36,666 nucleotides of DNA from the sequence record SRR20825010_4262; one strand, 5' to 3'. Below the pieces are notes generated by a model. It was given only the letters and a program-made list of their open reading frames with translations, was not told where the DNA came from and searched no databases. This document shows, piece by piece, positions 1 through 9,453 of this stretch (positions are counted from its first letter, which is position 1; the number at the start of each line of letters is the position of its first letter). The position numbers were made by a program, and so were the translations under genes.

Positions 1-924
1 GGTTAAATCTATCCTATACAGATTACCAGAAGCCGTTAAGTTTCTACTGAAATAAAGTTTGGTTCCATTATTTGACCAGCCGATAGAGCCTGATAGGGTT
101 TGGTTGGGTACAAATGAATTAGCCACCGAACGGCTGAACATTAACTCAGGAGTATTTCTGTTAAAATCTAATATTTGAATGTTGACATTGTTTTTTGGTC
201 GCACTGCAATTTGGGTGCCCATGGGATTCAGTGATAAATGCGCTGCTTGAACGTTGGATGTTAAGACAGTTGGAGCACCTTGTGGGTCGAATGGTTGACC
301 TGCCATTGGTACTTCATGGATTTCGAAATTTCCGTTCGTACTATTTTGGCTTACCAACCAAAATTGGGTCATATTACCAGAAGCTACAGTAAGCATGCCA
401 TCGCCTCGGTTGATAATTCCTGTTACTTGGTTTTTGCTTCCAATTACAACTGCACCAGCAGGAGGGCCATTTGCCCGGTTCCCCTGTGAACTCATATCTA
501 TTAAAGTATAAAGTATTTCACCAGCAGCATTACGGTGGAAAACATAATAGCGAGACTCATTACCTACCCCTGGGACAGGGCTTAAAGCAAGAGGTTGAAT
601 ACCATTCGGGTCCGTAGTTAGGCCATTTCCATTTTGCATAATGGCATGGGTGGCATCAAAAATATTAACTCCGTCAGAGTAAAAAAGTAGGTCGCCAGTA
701 ATGGGGTCAGTGGCAGTTAGCTTTTCACCTACATTAATTTGCGATGATTTTCCGTCTTCTAAAAAGGGTTTTGCAGATTGGGCTTTTCCAAAAACAAGGG
801 CTTGGTCATTGTTGGAGAAGTACCAATTATGACGTGTAAAGTTCTGAGCATATGTCAGTAACGAGGAAGTGATCCCTAATAAAAAGAATAAAAGGCGAGT
901 TTTTCTTACCACGCTAAATTTCAT
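1..924 (-). CDS. Secreted protein, N-terminal part (runs off the window's left edge); probable T9SS type-B CTD / gliding-motility-associated cargo with beta-propeller-like N-terminus
   Basis: Translated by hand from ATG at 924: MKFSVVRKTRLLFFLLGITSSLLTYA|QNFTRHNWYF...DPITGDLLFYSDG..., open for 308 codons to position 1. It has a Sec signal peptide with Gln at +1. The NWYF and GxLLFYxDG motifs resemble Bacteroidota PKD/CTD-B proteins, and it is adjacent to a porP/sprF gene. The CTD itself is outside the window. Confidence 0.75.
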   Translation of the reverse strand, partial: MKFSVVRKTRLLFFLLGITSSLLTYAQNFTRHNWYFSNNDQALVFGKAQSAKPFLEDGKSSQINVGEKLTATDPITGDLLFYSDGVNIFDATHAIMQNGNGLTTDPNGIQPLALSPVPGVGNESRYYVFHRNAAGEILYTLIDMSSQGNRANGPPAGAVVIGSKNQVTGIINRGDGMLTVASGNMTQFWLVSQNSTNGNFEIHEVPMAGQPFDPQGAPTVLTSNVQAAHLSLNPMGTQIAVRPKNNVNIQILDFNRNTPELMFSRSVANSFVPNQTLSGSIGWSNNGTKLYFSRNLTASGNLYRIDLT

Positions 925-944
925 ATAATTATAAAACACCGAAG

Positions 945-952
945 CTAAAATA
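945..952 (-). promoter_or_regulatory. Candidate Bacteroidota -7 element (TATTTTAG) for the secreted-protein gene
   Basis: Variant of TAnnTTTG about 20 nt upstream of ATG 924. Confidence 0.4.
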
Positions 953-1051
953 CAACCCTATTACGTGGTTAACGGAGTTTTTATTATATTCATCGCTCCT
1001 TAAAGTCAGGCCTAAGATAGGAGATTCTTATTGTATGCTAGGCTTTAAGCG

Positions 1052-1080
1052 TTGGGTTTCGAGGAAAAAAAATAACTTTA
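1052..1080 (+). promoter_or_regulatory. Candidate sigma-A promoter for porP/sprF (TTG-N18-TAACTTTA)
   Basis: Near-match to the -33/-7 consensus, followed by a short 5'UTR hairpin GTTTGAG-ggta-CTCAAAC (1093-1110). Confidence 0.45.
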
Positions 1081-1130
1081 CGTTTCACAATAGTTTGAGG
1101 GTACTCAAACGTTAAAGGTTAAAAGTTTAA

Positions 1131-2165
1131 ATGCGCAAAACTTTATTTTTGCTGATTGCCACGTTGGGAGTAGGGTTGGGACAGGTTAAAGGCCAAGACC
1201 CACAATTCTCTCAATTCTATGCAGCTCCTTTATATATTAATCCTGCTTTTACGGGAGCATCTGGTTTTACTCGTTTAGGGGTTAACTATCGGAATCAATG
1301 GCCATCCCTAGATGCTTCTTTCGTAACATTTTCGTTTTATGCCGACCATTATTTAGAAAAATATAACAGTGGGGTAGGGTTTATTGTAACCACCGATCGC
1401 GAAGGAGTGGCTGGCTTGCAGAGCACTAATGTGGGTTTGACCTACTCATATCAGCTAAAAATCTCAGACAACATTGTTTTTCGTCCGGGTATTCAGGCCA
1501 GCTATTTTATGCGGAATGCTAATTTTTCTAACCTTGTTTTTGCGAGTCAGATTGACCCTGTTAATGGCTTTGACCCTAATTTACCAGGCGACCCAAAAGT
1601 GACCGGTAGTAATCTTAATGTAAACTATTTAGACCTTGGTGTTGGAGGAATTATATACTCTAGAAATTTATTTTTGGGTGCTTCAGTTCAGCATTTAACA
1701 GAGCCTAATCAGTCGTTACTGGATGGTGATAGCCCCTTGAGTCAGCGTGTTAGTGTTCATGGGGGTTACAAAATAATGTTAAAAGAGGGTGCGCTAAAAA
1801 GAGATCTTACTTATACCAGAAAGGAAAGAAGCATTACACCAATTTTTCAGTATAAAACCCAAGGGGAGTTTAGTCAGTTAGATGCTGGATTCTTTTTGCA
1901 CTTAGAGCCTATTAACTTGGGCTTACAATACAGAGGCTTGCCAATTAAAACCTTCGAAAACTTCCCTAATAATGAAGCACTCATTTTCTCTTTTGGGGTA
2001 ACTACTGACGACTTTAATTTTGGTTATAGTTACGACTACACACTTTCGGAATTGAGCAATGCAAGTGGAGGAGCACATGAGATCTCTATTTCGTACCTCT
2101 TTCAATGGGGGAAACCATTGAGGCTACCACGCAATCAATGGAGTATTCCTTGTCCGAAAAACTAA
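1131..2165 (+). CDS. Type IX secretion system membrane protein, PorP/SprF family
   Basis: Signal peptide then QDPQFSQFYAAPLYINPAFTG, NYRNQW, and C-terminal GYSYDYT...GAHEISISY, all family hallmarks. Confidence 0.93.
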   Translation: MRKTLFLLIATLGVGLGQVKGQDPQFSQFYAAPLYINPAFTGASGFTRLGVNYRNQWPSLDASFVTFSFYADHYLEKYNSGVGFIVTTDREGVAGLQSTNVGLTYSYQLKISDNIVFRPGIQASYFMRNANFSNLVFASQIDPVNGFDPNLPGDPKVTGSNLNVNYLDLGVGGIIYSRNLFLGASVQHLTEPNQSLLDGDSPLSQRVSVHGGYKIMLKEGALKRDLTYTRKERSITPIFQYKTQGEFSQLDAGFFLHLEPINLGLQYRGLPIKTFENFPNNEALIFSFGVTTDDFNFGYSYDYTLSELSNASGGAHEISISYLFQWGKPLRLPRNQWSIPCPKN

Positions 2166-2171
2166 GCTAGA

Positions 2172-3413
2172 ATGTCTTCCTTCCAACTTTTGGATCTCAT
2201 TATTGGAATTGTGTTGGTTGATTATTCTTTTGATCAGCTGCTCGATTTTTTAAACATGAAGTCAGCCAAAGGTAAACTCCCAAAGGAGCTAGAAGGTATC
2301 TATCCTACTGAGGAATACGCCAAGTCTCAGCGATACTTTGAAGCTAGGTTCAAATTTTCATTTCTTACCACTGCTTTTAGCACTTCAATTACTATACTTG
2401 TTCTTGTTTTCGGGATTTTTGGAGATTTACACATCTGGCTTTCTGACCATTTTCAAAACCCTATATTCCATTCATTGGTCTTCTTTGGCGTCCTGTTTAT
2501 AGTTTCCGATATCATTAATATTCCCTTTGAACTCTACTCCACTTTCGTAATTGAGGAGAAATTCGGCTTCAATAAAACTTCTTTAAAAACATTTTGGTCG
2601 GACAAGTTAAAGGGTTATTTGTTGGCCATTCTTCTTGGTGCGGGTTTAGGCTATGTGTTACTATGGCTGATTTTTGAATGGCACGAGCAGTTCTGGATTT
2701 ATGCCCTCATTGTTATAACAGCTTTTTCACTGTTCATGAGTATTTTCTATACTTCGCTCATATTGCCCTTGTTTAATAAGCTTATTCCTTTGGCAGATGG
2801 GGAATTGAAAGATAAAATCAATGCTTATGCAGATCGCGTTAAATTTCCTTTGGACAGTATTTTTGTAATAGATGGCTCTAAAAGGTCGAGCAAGGCCAAC
2901 GCGTTTTTCTCTGGCATAGGAAAGAAAAAGAAAATTGTGCTTTATGATACCCTCATCGAGAAACAATCTCACGAAGAGCTAGTAGCCATTTTAGCCCATG
3001 AAGTAGGTCATTTTAAAAAGAAACATGTGATTGTCAGTATGGCCATTTCAATGGTGCAGATGGCGATCACTTTATATATTTTGTCGCTTCTTATTTTTAA
3101 TGAGAATCTTTCAATGGCTTTAGGGGCTGAGGATATGTCTGTTCATTTAAACCTTGTGGCTTTTGCCTTATTATACACTCCGATTTCAAAGCTTACGGGT
3201 GTTCTAATGAATATGATCAGCAGGAAAAATGAGTATGAAGCGGATGCTTATGCTTCCATAACCTATGATTCTGTTCCTTTACAGTCGGCACTGAAGAAGT
3301 TGTCGGTAGATAGCCTCAGCAACCTCACACCACATCCTGCTTATGTTTTTGTGAATTACTCACATCCTACCTTGCTTCAGCGGCTTCAGCATATGGATAA
3401 GTTTAAAAAATAA
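2172..3413 (+). CDS. M48 family (Ste24p-like) membrane zinc metallopeptidase
   Basis: Multiple TM helices, DGSKRSSKANAFFSG, HEVGH (HExxH), SRKNEYEAD, YSHP. Confidence 0.93.
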   Translation: MSSFQLLDLIIGIVLVDYSFDQLLDFLNMKSAKGKLPKELEGIYPTEEYAKSQRYFEARFKFSFLTTAFSTSITILVLVFGIFGDLHIWLSDHFQNPIFHSLVFFGVLFIVSDIINIPFELYSTFVIEEKFGFNKTSLKTFWSDKLKGYLLAILLGAGLGYVLLWLIFEWHEQFWIYALIVITAFSLFMSIFYTSLILPLFNKLIPLADGELKDKINAYADRVKFPLDSIFVIDGSKRSSKANAFFSGIGKKKKIVLYDTLIEKQSHEELVAILAHEVGHFKKKHVIVSMAISMVQMAITLYILSLLIFNENLSMALGAEDMSVHLNLVAFALLYTPISKLTGVLMNMISRKNEYEADAYASITYDSVPLQSALKKLSVDSLSNLTPHPAYVFVNYSHPTLLQRLQHMDKFKK

Positions 3414-3421
3414 GATAGTTC

Positions 3422-5341
3422 TTATCTAAAAATACTTGGAGACGGACTTGTGATTAAGAAATCCGAGAAATTAAACCCGCTGTTTCCCGATAAATCTAAG
3501 TCTGTCATAGGAATTCCGATAGGAGCATCGGGATAATAGGCCAATCGAATTTCTATTGCTTTAAAAGTGAGGTTGTCATTTCTGATTCTAAAACCAACTC
3601 CAATTCCAGTTTGAGCTTTTTCTCTAAAAATATGGCGTTTGCCATCGTTGACCATCCCCAAATCATAAAAACCAAAGATTGCTAGTTTGAAATCTGCGGC
3701 TTCAAATGGGGTGAAGCTCACGGTTTCAACATTGAGTAAAAAACGTTGGGTTCCTCTCAAAGTATTACTTCCTAAGCCCCTTATGCCATTTTTGTCCCTT
3801 ATGTCGATGTACTCATTAGGAAAACGATCTATACCAAATGTATAATTGACATTGATAAACTGTCTGAATTTCCATTTATTCAAATCAATTAATGAGCTAA
3901 AAAACCTGAAGTCTGCTTGGAATACGCCTTGTTCGAAAATTTTATTTTTCAGAAAACTTTCCAACGAAAACCCACCCAATAGGTAACCTAAATTTCCAAT
4001 GTACCCACCGCGCCCTGCCTTTCCTCCAAGGAAATAACGGTTGCCAAATTCAGCCCATTCATAGCCTCCCAGTAATTCAACCTGATAACCATAGGGAATA
4101 TCTTCCGTTCTGCCATAGCCAAAAATTAACTGGTCTTTGAAGTATCTTCTTTGTGAAATGCCTATTGACGCAATGGATAAAGTGCGGTTATGAAATTGTT
4201 GATTTAGGTCAATATCAACCTCTGGCCTGAGTGAAAATTTGATGTTTGAGATCCTTCCTGAAAGTATAAGTCGTGTTCGATCATTCTGAATAGGGTCTTT
4301 TAAGTTAAGTGGAAAGGCCCTGGCCAGCCAAAAATCCTGATAATCATAACGTTCATTAATGGTTTGAATGTCATACTCATCATCAGAAATGATATTTGAC
4401 AATTCTCTGAAACGAAGTCTCTGGTTGGTGATTTCAATGCCACCTGCAAACTTGATTTTGGGAGAAATAAACGCTCTACTCAATTTTACGCTGCTAAAAT
4501 CTTTGTTAACGGTATTTGCATAATTGGCCTCAAAGGAAATAAATGAGCGCTTAATATTTGGTACTCTATATCGAGCTTGATAGCTAAATTTCTGATCTGA
4601 ACTATTGTCAACAGCGAATCGATTATCTATTTCATGACCAGACCCAAAAATATTTTTGTGGTTTACCCTTAAGATACCTGAATCAAAATCTCGTGCTTCA
4701 ATGTCGAATGAAAGTGCTAAAACATCTTTTGTGATAATTTCAACGTCAACAATATTTGGGTTGTCTGCCCGGGGGCTTAAGTAAATTCGGGCATCTTTTA
4801 TATAGGGTAGTTCACGAAGTATCCTTTCATTATCTGATATCACCAGTGGATCAACGATGTCACCACTGCTGAAGAGCAAGTTGTTGAGTATTACACGTTC
4901 CCTAGTGTTGAAATTGATGGTATTGCCTGTTTTTTGAACAAATGACTTTGGTCTTTCTTCAGGCTTGTCGATTCGTGTGCCGAGTGCCTTAAGTTTAATC
5001 AGTTCAATGTCACCTATGATTTTTCCACTATAGTCTTTAAAAGGGTTTTCACTTTTCACTAACTGAGTAGAGTCAATTTTAAAGTCATCTGAAGGTAATG
5101 AAAACAGAAGGTCGAATAGCTCTTTGGTGAATTTTCGTTGAGACCATTTTCCATGCAAACGTTGATAAAAATTACCACTTACCTTATAGAAAAGGGTGTC
5201 GGGTAAAACGAGTGTGGTGTCTTTGTCAAAGGTAAGTCTGGTATCTTTTAAAATGATAGTGGTGTTTTTTGGCAGCTGTAATGTGTCATATTTCACTTTT
5301 TTCTTTTGAGCACAAAGCGAAAATGAAGACCATAAAGTCAA
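3422..5341 (-). CDS. Omp85/BamA-TamA-like outer-membrane protein (true start probably upstream, near 5377)
   Basis: POTRA-like segment (TRERVILNNLLFSSGD...DNERILRELPYIKDARI), NIFGSGH barrel start, IRGL loop and C-terminal GIGVGFRIRN. Confidence 0.7.
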   Translation of the reverse strand: MTLWSSFSLCAQKKKVKYDTLQLPKNTTIILKDTRLTFDKDTTLVLPDTLFYKVSGNFYQRLHGKWSQRKFTKELFDLLFSLPSDDFKIDSTQLVKSENPFKDYSGKIIGDIELIKLKALGTRIDKPEERPKSFVQKTGNTINFNTRERVILNNLLFSSGDIVDPLVISDNERILRELPYIKDARIYLSPRADNPNIVDVEIITKDVLALSFDIEARDFDSGILRVNHKNIFGSGHEIDNRFAVDNSSDQKFSYQARYRVPNIKRSFISFEANYANTVNKDFSSVKLSRAFISPKIKFAGGIEITNQRLRFRELSNIISDDEYDIQTINERYDYQDFWLARAFPLNLKDPIQNDRTRLILSGRISNIKFSLRPEVDIDLNQQFHNRTLSIASIGISQRRYFKDQLIFGYGRTEDIPYGYQVELLGGYEWAEFGNRYFLGGKAGRGGYIGNLGYLLGGFSLESFLKNKIFEQGVFQADFRFFSSLIDLNKWKFRQFINVNYTFGIDRFPNEYIDIRDKNGIRGLGSNTLRGTQRFLLNVETVSFTPFEAADFKLAIFGFYDLGMVNDGKRHIFREKAQTGIGVGFRIRNDNLTFKAIEIRLAYYPDAPIGIPMTDLDLSGNSGFNFSDFLITSPSPSIFR

Positions 5342-5466
5342 ACAAAGAATGATGATATGGAGCCTTTTGAGTTTGATAGCCTTTCGGGATTAGCGCACCT
5401 TTCTCATAATATAATTGAAAAAAAGGGAATCTAATTAATGGGAAGGAGATGTTTTTAGATTGACTT

Positions 5467-6501
5467 CTAAAGAAAGTCAATGTCTATATTACCAGGGTAT
5501 TTCATAAGGTAGCTTAGGCCATCAAGGGGCTTCATGTCTTCATAAAGAATTTTATAAAGCATGTCTGTAATCAACGGTTTTATTCCTTGGGCATCAGCTA
5601 ATTGCTTAATAATCCTAATGGTATTAACTCCTTCAGCAGTTTCTTCCATTTCGGCAATCGCCTCATTCATGGTTTTGCCTTGCGCTAATTTAAAGCCAAT
5701 TGTGTAGTTACGACTGGTTTGGCTGGAAGCAGTTGCCACTAAGTCGCCAATCCCTGCTAAACCTATGAAAGATGATATTTCGCCACCTAGGGCTTTGCCT
5801 AGGTAGATCATCTCTACTAAGCCTCTACTGATTAATAAGCCTTTAGCGTTATCGCCAAAACCCAAACCAGAAATGATTCCCGAGGCAATAGCAATAATGT
5901 TTTTAAGAACACCGCAAAGCTCAACGCCTTTGAGGTCTTGATTGCCGTAAACTTGAAATTTATCGGACCTCAATAATCTTTTGCCCTCATTAATTACTTC
6001 GTTGAAAGGCGAAGCAATCACAGTGGCTGCAGGGTGTCCTAAGGCCAATTCTTTTGCCAAATTTGGGCCTGCCATACAACCCACACGCACAACTACACTT
6101 TCCTCCCTGATTACTTCACTCATGGTTCTGATACAAGAACGATCCATTTTGAAATCTGCAGGAATTTCATCCGGTAGAATTAAATCTAGACCTTTAGTGC
6201 CATGAATTAAAACATGATAAGGGTGGAGGAATGGGGCGAATTGGCGCATCATTTCTCTGAAATTCGCTGATGGAACTACTGGGAATATGACGTTGCACAT
6301 TTTGGCTACCTCTTCTAAGCTATTGGTAACGGTAATGTTTTCGCTGAGCTCTTGACCATTTGAAATGCGGGTAGACTTAATTTTCTCTACTGTTTCAGCA
6401 TTTCGTGCATACAATAATACATTCGAATTCTTTGAAAGAATGTTTGCAACGGCTGTCCCGAAACTGCCTGAACCAATGACTCCAACACATTCCTTAGACA
6501 T
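5467..6501 (-). CDS. gpsA: NAD(P)H-dependent glycerol-3-phosphate dehydrogenase
   Basis: GSGSFGTA Rossmann motif, GPNLAKE, GVLKNIIAIASG, GLAGIGDL, SRNY, AEGV. Confidence 0.95.
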   Translation of the reverse strand: MSKECVGVIGSGSFGTAVANILSKNSNVLLYARNAETVEKIKSTRISNGQELSENITVTNSLEEVAKMCNVIFPVVPSANFREMMRQFAPFLHPYHVLIHGTKGLDLILPDEIPADFKMDRSCIRTMSEVIREESVVVRVGCMAGPNLAKELALGHPAATVIASPFNEVINEGKRLLRSDKFQVYGNQDLKGVELCGVLKNIIAIASGIISGLGFGDNAKGLLISRGLVEMIYLGKALGGEISSFIGLAGIGDLVATASSQTSRNYTIGFKLAQGKTMNEAIAEMEETAEGVNTIRIIKQLADAQGIKPLITDMLYKILYEDMKPLDGLSYLMKYPGNIDIDFL

Positions 6502-8197
6502 ATTTCTCTAGGTTATAACCCACTAAACGGTTGTGATAATAAAACAGCAAATTTAAATCTTGGGTGCTAATGTCACCTTTTTTGTTCTTGATCAACGGCC
6601 GTTTGGCATGGTACATACCCATATTAGCCAAGCCATGCGCAATGATTTTGTCAGGGTCGCCTGTAAGGTAAGGAGAAACACTAACTTCACCTTTGTTGTA
6701 CATTTCGTGAACCCTTCTTAACACCGTCTGGAAAACAGTTTTGAACTCCTCGTAAGGGATGTTTTGATCTTCCTCTGGAATCCTCAGTAGATTATATAAG
6801 TCGAGTTTATTGAATTTCTTCTGAAGCATTTCAAAAGCGACAAAGGCTACTAAATGACTAGCAAATACTTTGTTAATACGGTGGAACTCTTCAACAATCC
6901 TATCACTCAGCATTCGGGTGTATTCATCCTCACGTTGCTGATCATGTGAAATGATTTTTCCGTCTTTAGTGAAATACTCTTGGGTGTCTATTTGGCGGCC
7001 ACTTTTGTCATAACTATTACCCTCTGTATCAACGTAATTACCTAAAACATCTAAGCCTCGGCCAATAGATACAGATATGTCGGATCCTTTTGTGAAAAAT
7101 TTGAGTAAGAAAGCTGATATTTTATAAGAAGTTGAGTACTCATCATTTTCGACATAGTAACGTTCTTGACCTTTCAGTCTCAAATATTCACGAATAAGCG
7201 AGGGTGCCTCAAGGACAAAATTGTAGTTTAAAGTAACCGGGACAATAAAGATTTTGTGAAGCCCATCTCTTTTTCCTTTCTGATAATTGACACGTTGAGC
7301 CTCGATGGCAGTACTTAAAAGGCCAAGCTTTAACCGTTTTTCTATTTGGCCTGAACGGGAACGAGTTCCACCAGGGAAGAAAAGACTATGACAACCTTTC
7401 TGAATTGCAAGACTTGAATAGCTTTTCAGGGTTTCCAAGTATAGCAGATTTTTTTTCCTTCTATCTACTTTATAAGCCCCAAGGCTTTCCATGAAATAAG
7501 CAAAGATTTTAATGTTGAATAGATTTAGGCCAGCACCATAAATAAAAGCTGGCAACCCTAAAGCGTTGATCACCCACCCAATTAAAATAGAATCGAGATT
7601 GCTAAAATGGGTAGGAACCATGATGATTGTCCCTTTTTTAGCCAAGGTGCGCAATTCTTCTACCTCACCTGTAATGTGAATCTTGTCTTGTAGTGAATAG
7701 CGGGTACTGAAAATAGACCAAAACCCTCGTGCTCGGGAGGCATTCAATAGTCTGGCAAAGCCAAAGGTTACAATTGAACGAGCCATTCTAAAGCGGGATT
7801 TTTTGAAGTTCCCCGCAATTTCACTGGCGTATCGTTCTATTATTTCTGATAAAATATCTTCTAAAGTCCCGTCAATATCCTCCTTGTCATCATTACTTGA
7901 GATCTCTAGAAGTCTATCCTTAATGGACTGGAGAAAATCAGCTTCATCGGGGGGATCAACAGCCCATGGATTTCTTTTGACCCTTAATTTTTCCCGAAAA
8001 AGAGTAGTCTCTATTTCTTCAATTAGGCTCGATCGTTTTGGGGTCAGTTTTTTTATACGCTTAATACTTTCAGCAGTCACCTCTTTAATAAACGCGTCCC
8101 TGTTATTGCTCAAGCTCACGACAGGCCACTCGTCAATTCCTCCCGGAACCACCTGGTCGTACTTCTTCTTTACGTAGTCTTTGCCGATTGGCTTCAT
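6494..8197 (-). CDS. Glycerol-3-phosphate acyltransferase, PlsB-like
   Basis: HxxxxD (PTHFSNLD), GAGLNL, FFPGGTRSRSG, KLGLL; overlaps the gpsA start. Confidence 0.85.
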   Translation of the reverse strand: MKPIGKDYVKKKYDQVVPGGIDEWPVVSLSNNRDAFIKEVTAESIKRIKKLTPKRSSLIEEIETTLFREKLRVKRNPWAVDPPDEADFLQSIKDRLLEISSNDDKEDIDGTLEDILSEIIERYASEIAGNFKKSRFRMARSIVTFGFARLLNASRARGFWSIFSTRYSLQDKIHITGEVEELRTLAKKGTIIMVPTHFSNLDSILIGWVINALGLPAFIYGAGLNLFNIKIFAYFMESLGAYKVDRRKKNLLYLETLKSYSSLAIQKGCHSLFFPGGTRSRSGQIEKRLKLGLLSTAIEAQRVNYQKGKRDGLHKIFIVPVTLNYNFVLEAPSLIREYLRLKGQERYYVENDEYSTSYKISAFLLKFFTKGSDISVSIGRGLDVLGNYVDTEGNSYDKSGRQIDTQEYFTKDGKIISHDQQREDEYTRMLSDRIVEEFHRINKVFASHLVAFVAFEMLQKKFNKLDLYNLLRIPEEDQNIPYEEFKTVFQTVLRRVHEMYNKGEVSVSPYLTGDPDKIIAHGLANMGMYHAKRPLIKNKKGDISTQDLNLLFYYHNRLVGYNLEKYV

Positions 8198-8214
8198 TCA
8201 GTTTTTCAAAACCC

Positions 8215-8222
8215 CAAAGATA
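8215..8222 (-). promoter_or_regulatory. Bacteroidota -7 element TATCTTTG for acyltransferase-gpsA
   Basis: Exact TAnnTTTG match 17 nt upstream of ATG 8197. Confidence 0.6.
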
Positions 8223-8252
8223 TGATAAAAATTGTTCCTCTAGCTTCCGCTG

Positions 8253-9383
8253 TTAACAAAGTAAGGAATTCAGTCCATGTGCCAAGCCCATTACTTCATT
8301 TTTCCTGTTGAAACTATGTAGGCAGATTCTCAATCGTTCTTCTCCTACTTTCACCGTGGGTGAAAGTATTGGGCGAACATCGAACCCCCATTCCTGAAGT
8401 TGCTTTGACGTGGATTTAGCTTTTTGGTTGCCAGAAGTAATCACTACTTGTACTGCGCTAGTCGATAAATAGCGGGGAGGTTGCTGAACCTTAAGGGCTT
8501 GATTGAATAGAGAAATATTTTCTTTTAGACCAATAACTAAACTCGGCTTGCTTTTAAGGAATCGAAAAGCTTCTTGTATTGACAAAAAATCAAAAGCCGA
8601 TGGCGCGGTTGTATATATAAAGGGGCGTGAATAATTTATCATATAATCGATCACCGTTTGGTCTGAGGCAACACAAGCACCATGAATGCCCATGGCCTTG
8701 CCAAAAGTGAAAATAATAGCATATACTTGTTTAGTTAAACCTAATTCAGCCACTAAGCCCGCCCCATTTTTACCGAATATGCCCGTGCTGTGTGCTTCAT
8801 CCACTATTAATTTAGCACCATATTTTTCTGAAAGTAGACAAAGTGCTTTTAATGGCGCAAAGTCTCCATCCATGGAGTACACTGCTTCGCAAGCAATATA
8901 AACTTCACCCTCACTGAGTTTTAGTTTCCGTTCAAGGTCTTCTAAGTCGTTGTGCTTAAAAGGCATTGATTTAGCTAAACTTAATCGGCTTCCATCTTTA
9001 ATGCAGGCATGCGAAAGTTCATCATATAGAATAGTGTCACCCCTCTGTGGAAGGCAAGAGAAAAACCCCAAATTGGCGCTATACCCCGAATTGAAAATAA
9101 GACTGGTGCCATACCCAAATAAAGCGGCTAATTCTGATTCCACCAGAGTGGCCAATGCTGAATTGCCCGTCAACAGTCTTGATCCAGTAGATCCATTTTT
9201 GGACGATAACTTCTCGTAGGCACTTAATATTTGAGTTTTCAAATCCTCGGATCTAGAGAGGCCTAAATAATCGTTCGAACTAAAGTCAACGAGATTTTCG
9301 TCAACCAGTTTTAAGCTTCGCTTGTTGCCCAGAGAGGCACGTTTATTCAGTTGCTGCTCAATTCTCAAATTCTTTTTATTCAT
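8253..9383 (-). CDS. bioF: 8-amino-7-oxononanoate synthase (PLP class II aminotransferase)
   Basis: DFSSNDYLGL, GSTGSRLLTGN, FNSGYSAN, DEAHSTG, TFGKAMG, PTV..GEERLRI. Confidence 0.85.
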   Translation of the reverse strand: MNKKNLRIEQQLNKRASLGNKRSLKLVDENLVDFSSNDYLGLSRSEDLKTQILSAYEKLSSKNGSTGSRLLTGNSALATLVESELAALFGYGTSLIFNSGYSANLGFFSCLPQRGDTILYDELSHACIKDGSRLSLAKSMPFKHNDLEDLERKLKLSEGEVYIACEAVYSMDGDFAPLKALCLLSEKYGAKLIVDEAHSTGIFGKNGAGLVAELGLTKQVYAIIFTFGKAMGIHGACVASDQTVIDYMINYSRPFIYTTAPSAFDFLSIQEAFRFLKSKPSLVIGLKENISLFNQALKVQQPPRYLSTSAVQVVITSGNQKAKSTSKQLQEWGFDVRPILSPTVKVGEERLRICLHSFNRKNEVMGLAHGLNSLLC

Positions 9384-9453
9384 TTGCTATTAATCCGCTG
9401 GCTAAAATTATAAATAATTGAGACTTTAGTGGCTCAAATTAAATATCACTGCA

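Noticed and set aside
195-489. Two short plus-strand ORFs
   Set aside because: They are antisense shadows of the long minus-strand CDS 924..1
8253-9383. Lone bioF-like gene beside lipid genes as a serine palmitoyltransferase or sulfonolipid enzyme
   Set aside because: Motifs (GSRLLTGN, TFGKAMG, PTV..GEERLR) fit BioF better, and the downstream genes have their own promoter
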